From assembly GCA_964641395.1 (NCBI GenBank), contig CAZXKQ010000007.1, forward strand, positions 7,815 to 71,814: 64,000 nt of DNA, in the 5' to 3' direction. The stretch is from an uncultured Phascolarctobacterium sp. (GTDB taxonomy: Bacteria > Bacillota > Negativicutes > Acidaminococcales > Acidaminococcaceae). Position numbers and translations under genes: made by a program. Under the pieces are notes generated by a model. The model worked only from the letters and a program-made list of their open reading frames with translations, ran no database searches and was not told the origin of the DNA. Shown here one piece after another: positions 35,389-43,310 of this stretch. Every line of letters starts with the position of its first letter. Within the stretch, counting starts at the first letter, position 1.

Positions 35389-35810
35389 CTGGCGCACCAG
35401 GGTTTCGCACCTAAGAGGTCGACCGCTCTACGCTGAAGGCCGCCTCTGCCTTCCTAAGGCTAGGCAGCAGGCTTGTTGGCAGGCTGGCGTCCCAAGCAGG
35501 GGCTGTGTGGGGTGGGCGTACACATTCCGTCACTCGCGGAAACATGTAAAGAGTTAAGACCGTGACCTGACTTTGCTGAAAAGCATCACAGAGGCGTGAC
35601 CGTTGCAGAATTCCACTGCATTCTCACCAGCAGAGCACCTCGGGGTGGGGGCAGGCCACCGTGCCGCAGCTCCGCTGCCGCACTGGAAGGCTCCGCTAAG
35701 CGTCTTAATCACTTTCCTTTATTTTTCCCAACAACTATCCAGCCAACACTCTCTTCACTCGCACCACTTCACTGCCGAACAACCATTGAGATAAGCCAGG
35801 CTCCGTCACC

Positions 35811-35854
35811 AAAACAAAAAAGGAGACTGAATGACTCACGATCACTCAATCTCC
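35811..35854 (-). terminator. Intrinsic terminator T1 in the mad leader
   Basis: Minus strand GGAGATTGAGTGA-tcgtgag-TCATTCAGTCTCC (13 bp with two G-U), followed by TTTTTTGTTTT, about 60-100 nt downstream of the predicted TSS. Confidence 0.7.
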
Positions 35855-35885
35855 ACTATTGGTCATGTCGGTCTCACAGGGGGTA

Positions 35886-35909
35886 GCTCTCTCAGACTCT
35901 CGATCTCTA
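35886..35909 (-). promoter_or_regulatory. Three tandem 8-nt NAGAG-N3 units at the 5' end of the mad leader RNA (candidate protein-binding NAG array)
   Basis: Minus strand TAGAGATC GAGAGTCT GAGAGAGC, read directly. Function is inferred only from the NAG-triplet preference of HutP proteins. Confidence 0.3.
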
Positions 35910-35917
35910 TGGCCCAT

Positions 35918-35946
35918 ATTTTATCTAATAAGTCCCTCCTTGTCAA
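35918..35946 (-). promoter_or_regulatory. Strong sigma-A promoter of the mad leader (TTGACA-17 nt-TAAAAT) with an A/T-rich UP-like element upstream
   Basis: Minus strand TTATTTTTTGCCAAAAAAGCCCTTGACAAGGAGGGACTTATTAGATAAAATATGG. Confidence 0.7.
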
Positions 35947-36009
35947 GGGCTTTTTTGGCAAAAAATAAGGAAAAAGAGAACTAAAGGCAGGGGAAGCCCT
36001 CTCTGGCGG

Positions 36010-37047
36010 CTAGTCCTTCTCTGCCCCTTCTCCTCCGGCCTGGACCAGGTAGGTCCAGCCTCCCTCCTGGCGGATCTTCCCCTCCTTCAGCAGGTGGCCC
36101 AGGGCCCGTTTGAAGGCGGCCTTGGAGAGGTCGAACCTTTGCTTGATGATCTCCGGCGGGGTGCCGTCCCCGTAGGGCATGCTGCCGCCCCGCTGCTGCA
36201 AAAAGGCCTCTAAGCGGCGGGCGTCTAGGTAGAGGGCGTCCTCCTTAGGCGGCCGCAGGGAAGCGTTCACCCGGCCGTCCGGGCGGAGGAAGGTGGCCCG
36301 GCACTGCACCTTCTGGCCGAAGTCCAGCCTGCCCCCCGGCACCTGGTCCCGATGGAGGAAGACTACGTAGCGCTCCTTGGTAAAGAGGAAGAAGCCCTCC
36401 GGCACGATGTTGTAGACGATGCCTTCCAGCCTGTCCCCCACCCGGACGGCGGTGGCAGGCTTGGCGGCCCGCTGCAAGTCTTCCTCCACCCGCATGGTGA
36501 CCGCAGGCCGGCCGCTCTTATCCCGATACAGCTTCACCCACACCAGCTGGCCGGGGCTCACATAGCCCCGCATCTCGCTGTAGGGGAGGAAGACCCCCCG
36601 CTCTCCGCCTAGGTCCACGAAGCCCCCGTCCTTGGTGACGCTGAGGACCTTGGCATAGGTGAGCTGGCCCTCCTTCAGCTTGGGCAGCTTCATGCTGGCC
36701 GTCAAGCGCTTGGCCGGATCCAGGTACAGGTAGACCCGCACCTGCTGGCCCACCTCCACCGGGGCGGTCTGCTGGAAGCGGTGGAGCAGGATGTCGTCAG
36801 AGGTGTTGCCGGTGCCTGCGTCTAAAAAGGCGCCGTTTTCGTCTACCCGGGCCACGGTGAGGGTCACTACGTCCCCCGGCCTGGCGCCGCCGGCCCGCAG
36901 CGGCCCCTCTTCTGTTGTTGTCGGGGCCGGACCTGGGGGAGCAGCCGGCCGCCGGCCCTGCCGCGACCCTCTTCCCTCAGAGGCTGCCGGCCTGGGCCCT
37001 GGGGCCCTGTCCTGGGGTCTGCCGCCCCGCCTCGTTCTCTCCTGCAT
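36010..37047 (-). CDS. cvfB: CvfB/YitL-family S1-like RNA-binding protein with an Arg/Pro/Gly-rich N-terminal extension
   Basis: 345 aa. Repeated S1-like domains and a C-terminal winged helix (FDLSKAAFKRALGHLLKEGKI). The first ~55 residues are low complexity, so the true start may lie further downstream at a non-ATG codon. Confidence 0.82.
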   Translation of the reverse strand: MQERTRRGGRPQDRAPGPRPAASEGRGSRQGRRPAAPPGPAPTTTEEGPLRAGGARPGDVVTLTVARVDENGAFLDAGTGNTSDDILLHRFQQTAPVEVGQQVRVYLYLDPAKRLTASMKLPKLKEGQLTYAKVLSVTKDGGFVDLGGERGVFLPYSEMRGYVSPGQLVWVKLYRDKSGRPAVTMRVEEDLQRAAKPATAVRVGDRLEGIVYNIVPEGFFLFTKERYVVFLHRDQVPGGRLDFGQKVQCRATFLRPDGRVNASLRPPKEDALYLDARRLEAFLQQRGGSMPYGDGTPPEIIKQRFDLSKAAFKRALGHLLKEGKIRQEGGWTYLVQAGGEGAEKD

Positions 37048-37404
37048 CTATTGCTCCTCAGCCGGGCTGTAGGCTTCCGAGGGGGCGTCGGCCCACAGCT
37101 GCTCCAAGTTGTAAAAATCCCGCTCCTCTTCTAAGAAGATGTGGGCCACCACGTCGCCGTAGTCCAACAGCACCCAGCTTCCCTGGTCATAGCCTTCCTT
37201 GTGCAGGGGGTAGAGCCCCTCCTGGGCCAGTTCGTCCTCAATATTGTCCACTATGGCCCGGGTGAGGATGTTATTAGGGGCGCTGCCGATTACGAAGTAG
37301 TCGGTGACCGGGGAGAGCCCCTGTACGTCTAAAATCAAGACATCCGCCGCCTTCTTGGCGTCGGCGTAGTGGGCGATCTTTCTAGCTAGTTCCTTGCTTT
37401 CCAT
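37048..37404 (-). CDS. rsfS: Ribosome silencing factor RsfS
   Basis: 118 aa; DVLILDVQGLSPVTDYFVIGSA and GSWVLLDYGDVVAHIF motifs. Confidence 0.93.
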   Translation of the reverse strand: MESKELARKIAHYADAKKAADVLILDVQGLSPVTDYFVIGSAPNNILTRAIVDNIEDELAQEGLYPLHKEGYDQGSWVLLDYGDVVAHIFLEEERDFYNLEQLWADAPSEAYSPAEEQ

Positions 37405-37451
37405 CTTCTCTAACCTCCTGTGTATGGCTCAGCCTCTCTCTTCTATACCTG

Positions 37452-38570
37452 CTACTGTTCCTTGCCTTCTTTATTCTCCTTACCGTCGGCTTTTTCCTGC
37501 CCTTGGGGGTCTGGCAGGTAGGGTATGCCTAGCTCGTCCAGGCTTTTCCGCACCGACTCCCTGTCCACCGCCCAGTAGCTGATGCCGCTGCTGTCGTCAA
37601 AGCGGCCGTAGAGCATGCAGCTCTTCACCGTGCTGTCGCCAAAAAGCTTGAAGCTGTTGGCCGCCTTCAGCATGGTCAGGGTGTCCAGGTCCGTCTCCAC
37701 GTACTTCTCCAAGGTGGCCAGCAGGCTGCCGATATTGGTCAGGTTCTGGACGGACACCAGCTGCTTGGCGGCCGCCTTGAGGAACTTCTGCTGCCGCTGC
37801 ACCCGGCCTATGTCCCCCAGCTCGTCGCTGCGGAAGCGGACGTACTTCCCCGCCAGCTTGCCGTCCATGTGCTGGGAGCCCTTCTTGATGTCGATCACCA
37901 GGTCTGCGTAGGGATCCTCGTAGTGCATGTCGTTTTCTACGTAGAGGTCCACCCCGCCGATCTGGTCCACCACGTCGATGAAGCCCTGCCAGTTGGCCAG
38001 GGCGTAGTAGTGGACGGGCACTTCCAGCAGCTGCTCCACCGTCTGCTTGGCCATGATGACCCCGCCGAAGGTGTAGGCGGAGTTGATCTTGGAAGGATCC
38101 CGGTGGCCGGGCAGCACTACCCGGGTGTCCCTGGGGATGGAGAGGATGCCCACCTGGTCCCCCTTAGGGTCGAAGCTGAGGAGGAGGATGGCGTCTGTAC
38201 GCTTAGGCTCGCTTTCAGCCGCCTCGCTGTCCCCGTCGTCGATGCCCAGCAGCAGCACGTTGATCCGCTGGTTGAGCCGCTCGGAGCCAGCCATCTTCTG
38301 GCCTAGCTCCGTCTTGGCCCCGGCAGGCTTCTCCCCCTGGCCCATCTGCTGGGCGGCAGGGTGGAGGAGGCCGTAGAGCAGCACGGTGCCCTTGAAGATG
38401 CCCCAGGCCAGGGCCGCTACGATGACCAGGCACAGCACTACCCGGCCCCAGCGCACCTTCTTCCGCACCCGGTGAGGGGGCCTGGGGCCACCCTCCCGCC
38501 CTTCAGGGCGTTCTTCCCGCTTTTCTTCCTGGATCTCTTCCTGTTTTTCGTCCTGCTTGTCTTCGTCCAT
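37452..38570 (-). CDS. LytR-CpsA-Psr (LCP) family cell-envelope phosphotransferase
   Basis: 372 aa. Charged N-terminus, one TM segment, then the LCP core (INVLLLGIDDGD, RTDAILLLSFDP, ILSIPRDT). Confidence 0.88.
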   Translation of the reverse strand: MDEDKQDEKQEEIQEEKREERPEGREGGPRPPHRVRKKVRWGRVVLCLVIVAALAWGIFKGTVLLYGLLHPAAQQMGQGEKPAGAKTELGQKMAGSERLNQRINVLLLGIDDGDSEAAESEPKRTDAILLLSFDPKGDQVGILSIPRDTRVVLPGHRDPSKINSAYTFGGVIMAKQTVEQLLEVPVHYYALANWQGFIDVVDQIGGVDLYVENDMHYEDPYADLVIDIKKGSQHMDGKLAGKYVRFRSDELGDIGRVQRQQKFLKAAAKQLVSVQNLTNIGSLLATLEKYVETDLDTLTMLKAANSFKLFGDSTVKSCMLYGRFDDSSGISYWAVDRESVRKSLDELGIPYLPDPQGQEKADGKENKEGKEQ

Positions 38571-38572
38571 GC

Positions 38573-39214
38573 CTATCGCTCCGTCCCGCCTTCCCCCGGC
38601 TCCCCGCCTGCCTCCTTGGCGGCCTTGGCCCCCTTGGCGGCTTTAAGGGTTGAGAGCAGCTGGTTATAACCGGCGATACAGTCAGGGTGGATGAAGCGGC
38701 CGTCGGCCACCAGATGGTTGATAGTGTAGCCGTAGGCGGCCAGCAGGGCCCGGTCCAGATCCTGGAAGCTCAGGCGGCGCACATCCTCCGCCCACTCACA
38801 GTCCCGGCCAGGCTCGATCAAGTCGGCTAGGAAGACCAGCTTGGCCAGGCGGCTCATGTTGGGGGCGCCAGTGGTGTGGTAGCGGATGCCCGCCAGGATC
38901 TCCTCATCCTCCACCCCGTACTTAGTCCTAGCATAGTAGGCCCCTAGCTTCTGGTGCAACAGGATGGGCTGCTGCTCCTCGATAGGCTCCAGCGCCAGTC
39001 CCAGCTTTTTCGCCAGGGCGGGGCTGGCCTTGCTGCCCACCTCCCGGCCGCAGTCGTGGAGCAGGGCGCAGACACCCACCTGCTGCTGCTCCGCCGGGCT
39101 TAGGCCGTAGTGGACGGCCAGGGCCCCGGCCGTCTTGTACACCGCCAGGGAGTGCTTGTAGCGCTTAGGTGGCAAGGACTCCTTCAGCAGGGCGGCCATC
39201 GCTTCTATCTCCAT
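38573..39214 (-). CDS. yqeK: HD-domain bis(5'-nucleosyl)-tetraphosphatase YqeK
   Basis: 213 aa; KRYKHSLAVY...LLHDCGRE HD motif. Conserved nadD-yqeK pairing. Confidence 0.88.
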   Translation of the reverse strand: MEIEAMAALLKESLPPKRYKHSLAVYKTAGALAVHYGLSPAEQQQVGVCALLHDCGREVGSKASPALAKKLGLALEPIEEQQPILLHQKLGAYYARTKYGVEDEEILAGIRYHTTGAPNMSRLAKLVFLADLIEPGRDCEWAEDVRRLSFQDLDRALLAAYGYTINHLVADGRFIHPDCIAGYNQLLSTLKAAKGAKAAKEAGGEPGEGGTER

Positions 39215-39215
39215 A

Positions 39216-39824
39216 TTACTCTCCCCTATACAGGCCTGTTCGGTATATATAAGACTCTACAGCGGCAGGCACCAGGCCGGCCAGGCTCTCCCCCCGGGCC
39301 ACCGCCTGGCGGATCTGGGTGCTGGATATGTCGTAGGCAGGGGTGGCCAAGGTCAGGATGCGGCCTGCCCTAGCCGCGGCCAAGAGGGGTCCCAGTCCGT
39401 CTAACTCCTCCTGGTAGCCCGGCCGGCCGGCGGCCACGAAGACGGCCAACTGCAGCTGTTCCTGGATGCAATGCCAGGTAGGCAGCTGGCTGAGGCTGTC
39501 GGCCCCGATGATGAAGTAGAGCTGCCGTCCTGGGTAGAGGCTGCGCAGCTGCCGCAGGCTGTCCACCGTGTAGGACACGCCGGAGCGGCGCAGCTCTATG
39601 TCGCTGAGGGCGAAGAGAGGGTGGCCGGCTATGGCCAGCCGCACCATCTCGTAGCGGGCAGGGGCGGGGGCGCAGCGCAGGCCCTGCTTGTGGGGGGCCA
39701 CTGCCGCCGGCAGGAAGAGCACCTGCTCCAAGCCCAGCTGCTCCGCCACCGCCTGGGCCATGGCCAGATGGCCTAGATGAACGGGGTCAAAGGTTCCCCC
39801 CAGGATGCCTAAACTGCCTGCCAT
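39216..39824 (-). CDS. nadD: Nicotinate-nucleotide adenylyltransferase
   Basis: GILGGTFDPVHLGHL (HxGH) motif. Start taken at MAGSLGILGG after GGAGGCGGAG; the track start at 39839 would be almost leaderless. Confidence 0.92.
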   Translation of the reverse strand: MAGSLGILGGTFDPVHLGHLAMAQAVAEQLGLEQVLFLPAAVAPHKQGLRCAPAPARYEMVRLAIAGHPLFALSDIELRRSGVSYTVDSLRQLRSLYPGRQLYFIIGADSLSQLPTWHCIQEQLQLAVFVAAGRPGYQEELDGLGPLLAAARAGRILTLATPAYDISSTQIRQAVARGESLAGLVPAAVESYIYRTGLYRGE

Positions 39825-39852
39825 GGGCTCCGCCTCCATTAGGTCTCAACTA

Positions 39853-39881
39853 ATTATAACAAGGGCACAGCCATCTTACAA
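39853..39881 (-). promoter_or_regulatory. Sigma-A promoter for nadD-yqeK... (TTGTAA-17 nt-TATAAT, TG-extended)
   Basis: Minus strand CCCTTGTAAGATGGCTGTGCCCTTGTTATAATTAG. Confidence 0.6.
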
Positions 39882-40024
39882 GGGTTTGCAAAATAATCAC
39901 TATCCCGGCCAGGAGGAGCAGGGCCTTGGCCCTGTCCTTGAGATCAAAAACAGTTTTAGGCCTCCTTAGAAAATCTAAGCAGGCCCTTAGGTAGGCTGTG
40001 AGTTTGAGCTTCGGCCGGCCCTCC

Positions 40025-41239
40025 CTACTCATAGCGGAGGGCGTCTATGGGATCCAGCAGGGCCGCCTTGCGGGCCGGGTAGATACCGAAGAAGAGGCCT
40101 ATGCCCACAGAGAAGACTACGGCGATCAGGATGGCCGCCCCGGAGATCACCGTGTTCCAGCCGGCGAAGTTGCTGATGCAGATGCTGGCCGTCACCCCTA
40201 GCACCACCCCGAAGAAGCCGCCGATGATGCCGATGACCATGGCCTCCATCAGGAACTGGAGCAGGATGTTGTTATAGGTGGCCCCCAGGGCCTTGCGGAT
40301 GCCTATCTCCCTGGTCCGCTCCGTCACCGAGACCAGCATGATGTTCATAATGCCTATGCCCCCCACCAGGAGGCTGATGGCGGCTATGCAGCCTAGGAGC
40401 ATGGTGATGCTGTTAGCCGTCTCCATCATAGTGTCCATCACCGCCGCCATGTTGCCTACGGTGAAGTCGTCATCGTCCCCCTCCCGGATCTTGTGCCGGT
40501 TCCGCAGCACCTGCTCCACCTCTGCCTGGACGTCGTTGATGACGTTTTCGTTGGCCGCCTGGACGGTGATCCGCTGCACATGGGTGATGCCCATCATCCG
40601 GCTCTGGGCGGTGGTCAGGGGGATGAAGACGATGTCGTCCTGGTCCATGCCCATGCCGGACTGGCCCTTGCTCTTCAACAGGCCGATGACCTGGAAGGGG
40701 GCCCTGTTCACCCGCATGATCTGGCCCACCGGGTCGCTGCCGGGAAAGAGGGCGTCGGCCACCGTCTTGCCGATGATGGCCACCCGGTTACGGCTGTTGA
40801 TGTCCCGCTGGTAGAAGAAGCGGCCCTCGCTGACCTCGTAGTTCTGGATGGAAAAGTTGGCGGGGGTGGTGCCCTCCACCCGGCTGGTCCAGTTTTGGTT
40901 CCCCACTACCAGCTGGTAGGTGCGGGAGACGCTGGCGGTAATGCCGGCGATATTGTCCACCTGCTGCTCAATGGCGGCAGCATCGTCCCAGGTCAGCCGG
41001 GCTCCCTCCCCGGCGGCTATGCGGGCGCCGCTGGCGGTACGGCCGCCGCTGGTGATGATCAACAGGTTGCTGCCTAGGCGGGAGATGTTGTCCTTGATGT
41101 TTTCCTTCACCCCTAGGCCCAGGCCTACCATGGCGATGACGGCGCCTACGCCGATGATGATGCCCAGCAGGGTCAGGAAGGTGCGCATCTTGTTGCTCAG
41201 CATCCCTTCCAGGGCCATCTTGACCGACTCATTCAGCAT
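40025..41239 (-). CDS. ABC transporter permease, MacB/FtsX family
   Basis: 404 aa. MacB_PCD periplasmic domain between TM1 and TM2, and a C-terminal FtsX domain (RTREIGIRKALGA). Confidence 0.9.
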   Translation of the reverse strand: MLNESVKMALEGMLSNKMRTFLTLLGIIIGVGAVIAMVGLGLGVKENIKDNISRLGSNLLIITSGGRTASGARIAAGEGARLTWDDAAAIEQQVDNIAGITASVSRTYQLVVGNQNWTSRVEGTTPANFSIQNYEVSEGRFFYQRDINSRNRVAIIGKTVADALFPGSDPVGQIMRVNRAPFQVIGLLKSKGQSGMGMDQDDIVFIPLTTAQSRMMGITHVQRITVQAANENVINDVQAEVEQVLRNRHKIREGDDDDFTVGNMAAVMDTMMETANSITMLLGCIAAISLLVGGIGIMNIMLVSVTERTREIGIRKALGATYNNILLQFLMEAMVIGIIGGFFGVVLGVTASICISNFAGWNTVISGAAILIAVVFSVGIGLFFGIYPARKAALLDPIDALRYE

Positions 41240-41942
41240 AGGTCCACTCCCCCTTCAGGATGCGGTCATCGCTGCTCAGCTTCCCGTCCCGCATGATCAG
41301 CACCCGTTTAGTCTGGCGGGCAATGTCCGGCTCGTGGGTGACCATCACCACCGTCTTGCCCTCTTCGTTCAGGTTTTTAAAGATGTCCATGATCTCGTAG
41401 CTGGACTTGGTGTCCAAGTTGCCGGTAGGCTCATCGGCCATGATGATGGCGGGATTGTTGATCAGGGCCCGGGCGATGGCCACCCGCTGCCGCTGGCCGC
41501 CGCTCATCTCCGTAGGCCTGTGGTCCAGCCTGCCCCCTAGGCCCACGGCGGTGAGGGTCTGCTTGGCCCGCTCCATCCTCTCCTCCTCCTCCACCCCGGC
41601 GTAGATGAGGGGCAGGGCCACATTGGCCTGGGCCGTCAGCTTGCTGAGCAGGTTGAAGTTTTGGAAGACGAAGCCGATCTTGGCGTTGCGGGTGCGGGCC
41701 AGCTCATCGTCGTTGTAGCCGGCTATCTCCTTGCCGTCTAGGTAGTACTCCCCGGAGGTGGGCCTATCCAGGCAGCCCAGGATGTTCATCATGGTGCTTT
41801 TGCCGCTGCCGGAAGGGCCCATGATGGAGGTGAACTCGCCGAACTCGATCTTCACATTGACGTGGAAGAGGGCGTGGACCAGGCTGTCCCCCATCACATA
41901 GGTCTTCATAATGTCCTTTAGCTCTATCACTACGGCGCTCAT
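41229..41942 (-). CDS. ABC transporter ATP-binding protein (MacB/LolD type)
   Basis: 237 aa; GPSGSGKST Walker [16 protein letters not shown] signature, and [12 protein letters not shown] Walker B. Confidence 0.94.
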   Translation of the reverse strand: MSAVVIELKDIMKTYVMGDSLVHALFHVNVKIEFGEFTSIMGPSGSGKSTMMNILGCLDRPTSGEYYLDGKEIAGYNDDELARTRNAKIGFVFQNFNLLSKLTAQANVALPLIYAGVEEEERMERAKQTLTAVGLGGRLDHRPTEMSGGQRQRVAIARALINNPAIIMADEPTGNLDTKSSYEIMDIFKNLNEEGKTVVMVTHEPDIARQTKRVLIMRDGKLSSDDRILKGEWTYAE

Positions 41943-41987
41943 CTCGCCCCTCCCCTGTGCTGCCTCTTGCTCCCTCTCAGCCCTGCC

Positions 41988-43061
41988 TTAGAGCCGGATG
42001 GGCCGGCGCTGCTGGTTGGTCTGCTTGGCCACCGCCTTGCGGGCCAGGAGGGTCTCCCCCTCCTTCAGTTCCGGGGCGGTGACGCTGACCTCGCTGTCGT
42101 TGGAGAGGCCCACGCTGACGTTGACCCGGCGGGTCTCCTTGGTCTCCTTATTGTAAACCAGCACGTAGCTCTGCTTGTTCTCCCGGTAGATGCAGTTGGT
42201 AGGCACCATCATGGTGTCGGCGGCCTCGGAGACGATGATCTCCGTACGGGCGGTCATGGTGGGCAGCAGCTTGCCCCTGGCATCGTCCACGTCTACATAT
42301 ACCTTGTAGTAGACTACGTTGTTCTCCGTCTGGGCGGCCCTGCTCACCGAGCGCACCTTGCCGGTAAAGGTTTCTTCGCTGTAGGCGTCCACGGTGAAGC
42401 GCACCTTCTGGCCTGCTACCACCTGGCCGATGTCGGTCTCGTCCACCAAGGTTTCGATCTGCATCTTATCCAGGGTGGCTACGGACATGATGACCTGGGG
42501 AGTGCTGATACCGGAGCTGATGGTCTGGCCTACCGGGGTAGGCTTGCCGATGATGTAGCCGTCAATGGGAGTGACGATGACCGTATCCTCCACATCGGAC
42601 ACCGCCTTCTCGTAGGCGTTGCGGGCCACCAGGTAGTCCGCATAGACGGTGTCGTATTCCGACTGGGAGACGGCCCCCTGGCTCAGCAGGTTCTCGTAGC
42701 GCAGGTACTGGACCTCCGCCAGGTCCAGCCGGGCCTTGTTCTGGAGCATGGTGGCCTCCAAGGCGGTGGCATCCAGCCGCACCAGCACGTCCCCGGCCTT
42801 CACGTGCTGGTTCTCCTCTACCAGCACCTCTACGATCCTGCCGGTGATCTTGGAGCTGATGTCTACGTTGTCCACGGCGCTGAGGCTGCCGGTGGCGGAG
42901 ATGCTCTTCACCAGGCTGCCCTTGGTGACGGTGCCCACCTTGACCGCCTCCTCCGGCAGCTGGTTGCTCCTGTAGTATTCATAACCGCCCCAGGCTGCCG
43001 CCAACAGGACTATGGCGGCGGCCACTAGGTATTTATTGCGATAAAAGAAGTTGTCAGCCAT
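41988..43061 (-). CDS. Efflux transporter periplasmic adaptor (HlyD/MacA family)
   Basis: About 357 aa from ATG 43061. N-terminal TM anchor, a coiled-coil hairpin and beta-barrel domains typical of membrane fusion proteins. Confidence 0.88.
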   Translation of the reverse strand: MADNFFYRNKYLVAAAIVLLAAAWGGYEYYRSNQLPEEAVKVGTVTKGSLVKSISATGSLSAVDNVDISSKITGRIVEVLVEENQHVKAGDVLVRLDATALEATMLQNKARLDLAEVQYLRYENLLSQGAVSQSEYDTVYADYLVARNAYEKAVSDVEDTVIVTPIDGYIIGKPTPVGQTISSGISTPQVIMSVATLDKMQIETLVDETDIGQVVAGQKVRFTVDAYSEETFTGKVRSVSRAAQTENNVVYYKVYVDVDDARGKLLPTMTARTEIIVSEAADTMMVPTNCIYRENKQSYVLVYNKETKETRRVNVSVGLSNDSEVSVTAPELKEGETLLARKAVAKQTNQQRRPIRL

Positions 43062-43109
43062 CACTGCACCCCCGCTTGTTCAAAATTACTCCAGGCCGTC
43101 TACGTACCT

Positions 43110-43139
43110 ATTATACTCCCTTCTTGGCTTCTAGGTTAA
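43110..43139 (-). promoter_or_regulatory. Possible promoter of the efflux operon (TTAACC-18 nt-TATAAT), overlapped by a TCTAG-N7-CTAGA dyad
   Basis: Minus strand AATCTAGTGTTAACCTAGAAGCCAAGAAGGGAGTATAATAGG. Confidence 0.4.
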
Positions 43140-43232
43140 CACTAGATTGTGTTATTTCTATGTTTTTCTCGCCTTTTTTCGTCTATAAGTAGGGATTTTT
43201 TTCTGGCCCCAGGCAGTAGGGCGGGAGGGGCC

Positions 43233-43264
43233 AAAAAAGACCTCCCAGTGTAAGCTGGAAGGTC
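43233..43264 (-). terminator. Intrinsic terminator after comEB
   Basis: Minus strand GACCTTCCAG-cttaca-CTGGGAGGTC, followed by TTTTTT. Confidence 0.7.
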
Positions 43265-43310
43265 TCGAACTGTTGGGAACCTTTTGCGCCGGGCCGGCCC
43301 TGCTCCAAGG

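Noticed and set aside
35652-35667. Sigma-54 type promoter (GGCACG-N-CTGC) inside the mad leader
   Set aside because: The GG to GC spacing is 11 rather than 10 nt, the -12 element is poor, and no enhancer-binding protein gene is nearby.
35554-35712. 52-codon GTG ORF inside the mad leader (MIKTLSGAFQCGSGAAARWPAPTPRCSAGENAVEFCNGHASVMLFSKVRSRS)
   Set aside because: The RBS-like AAGGAA sits only 1 nt from the GTG. The composition is not protein-like and there is no codon-bias impression. It was treated as non-coding.
35389-35810. Known structured RNAs in the long mad leader (RNase P RNA, cobalamin riboswitch, SRP RNA, tmRNA, M-box)
   Set aside because: Only isolated word matches were found: AAAGGAAAGTG vs the RNase P GGAAAGTCC; GGTGAGAAT, GCAACGGTCA and AGTCAGG vs cobalamin blocks; GTCAGGTC vs the SRP RNA. 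The rest of each consensus, and its order or spacing, is missing. The region is left unassigned.
35596-35886. Plus-strand ORFs 35596..35886 and 35603..35794 in the same region
   Set aside because: They have no RBS and implausible products, and they run antisense to the promoter/terminator-defined minus-strand transcript.
39850-40032. 60-aa ORF between the ABC permease and nadD
   Set aside because: Its 3' half coincides with a near-consensus promoter (TTGTAA-17-TATAAT) for nadD, and its start overlaps the permease stop without an RBS. A small membrane protein is possible but unsupported.
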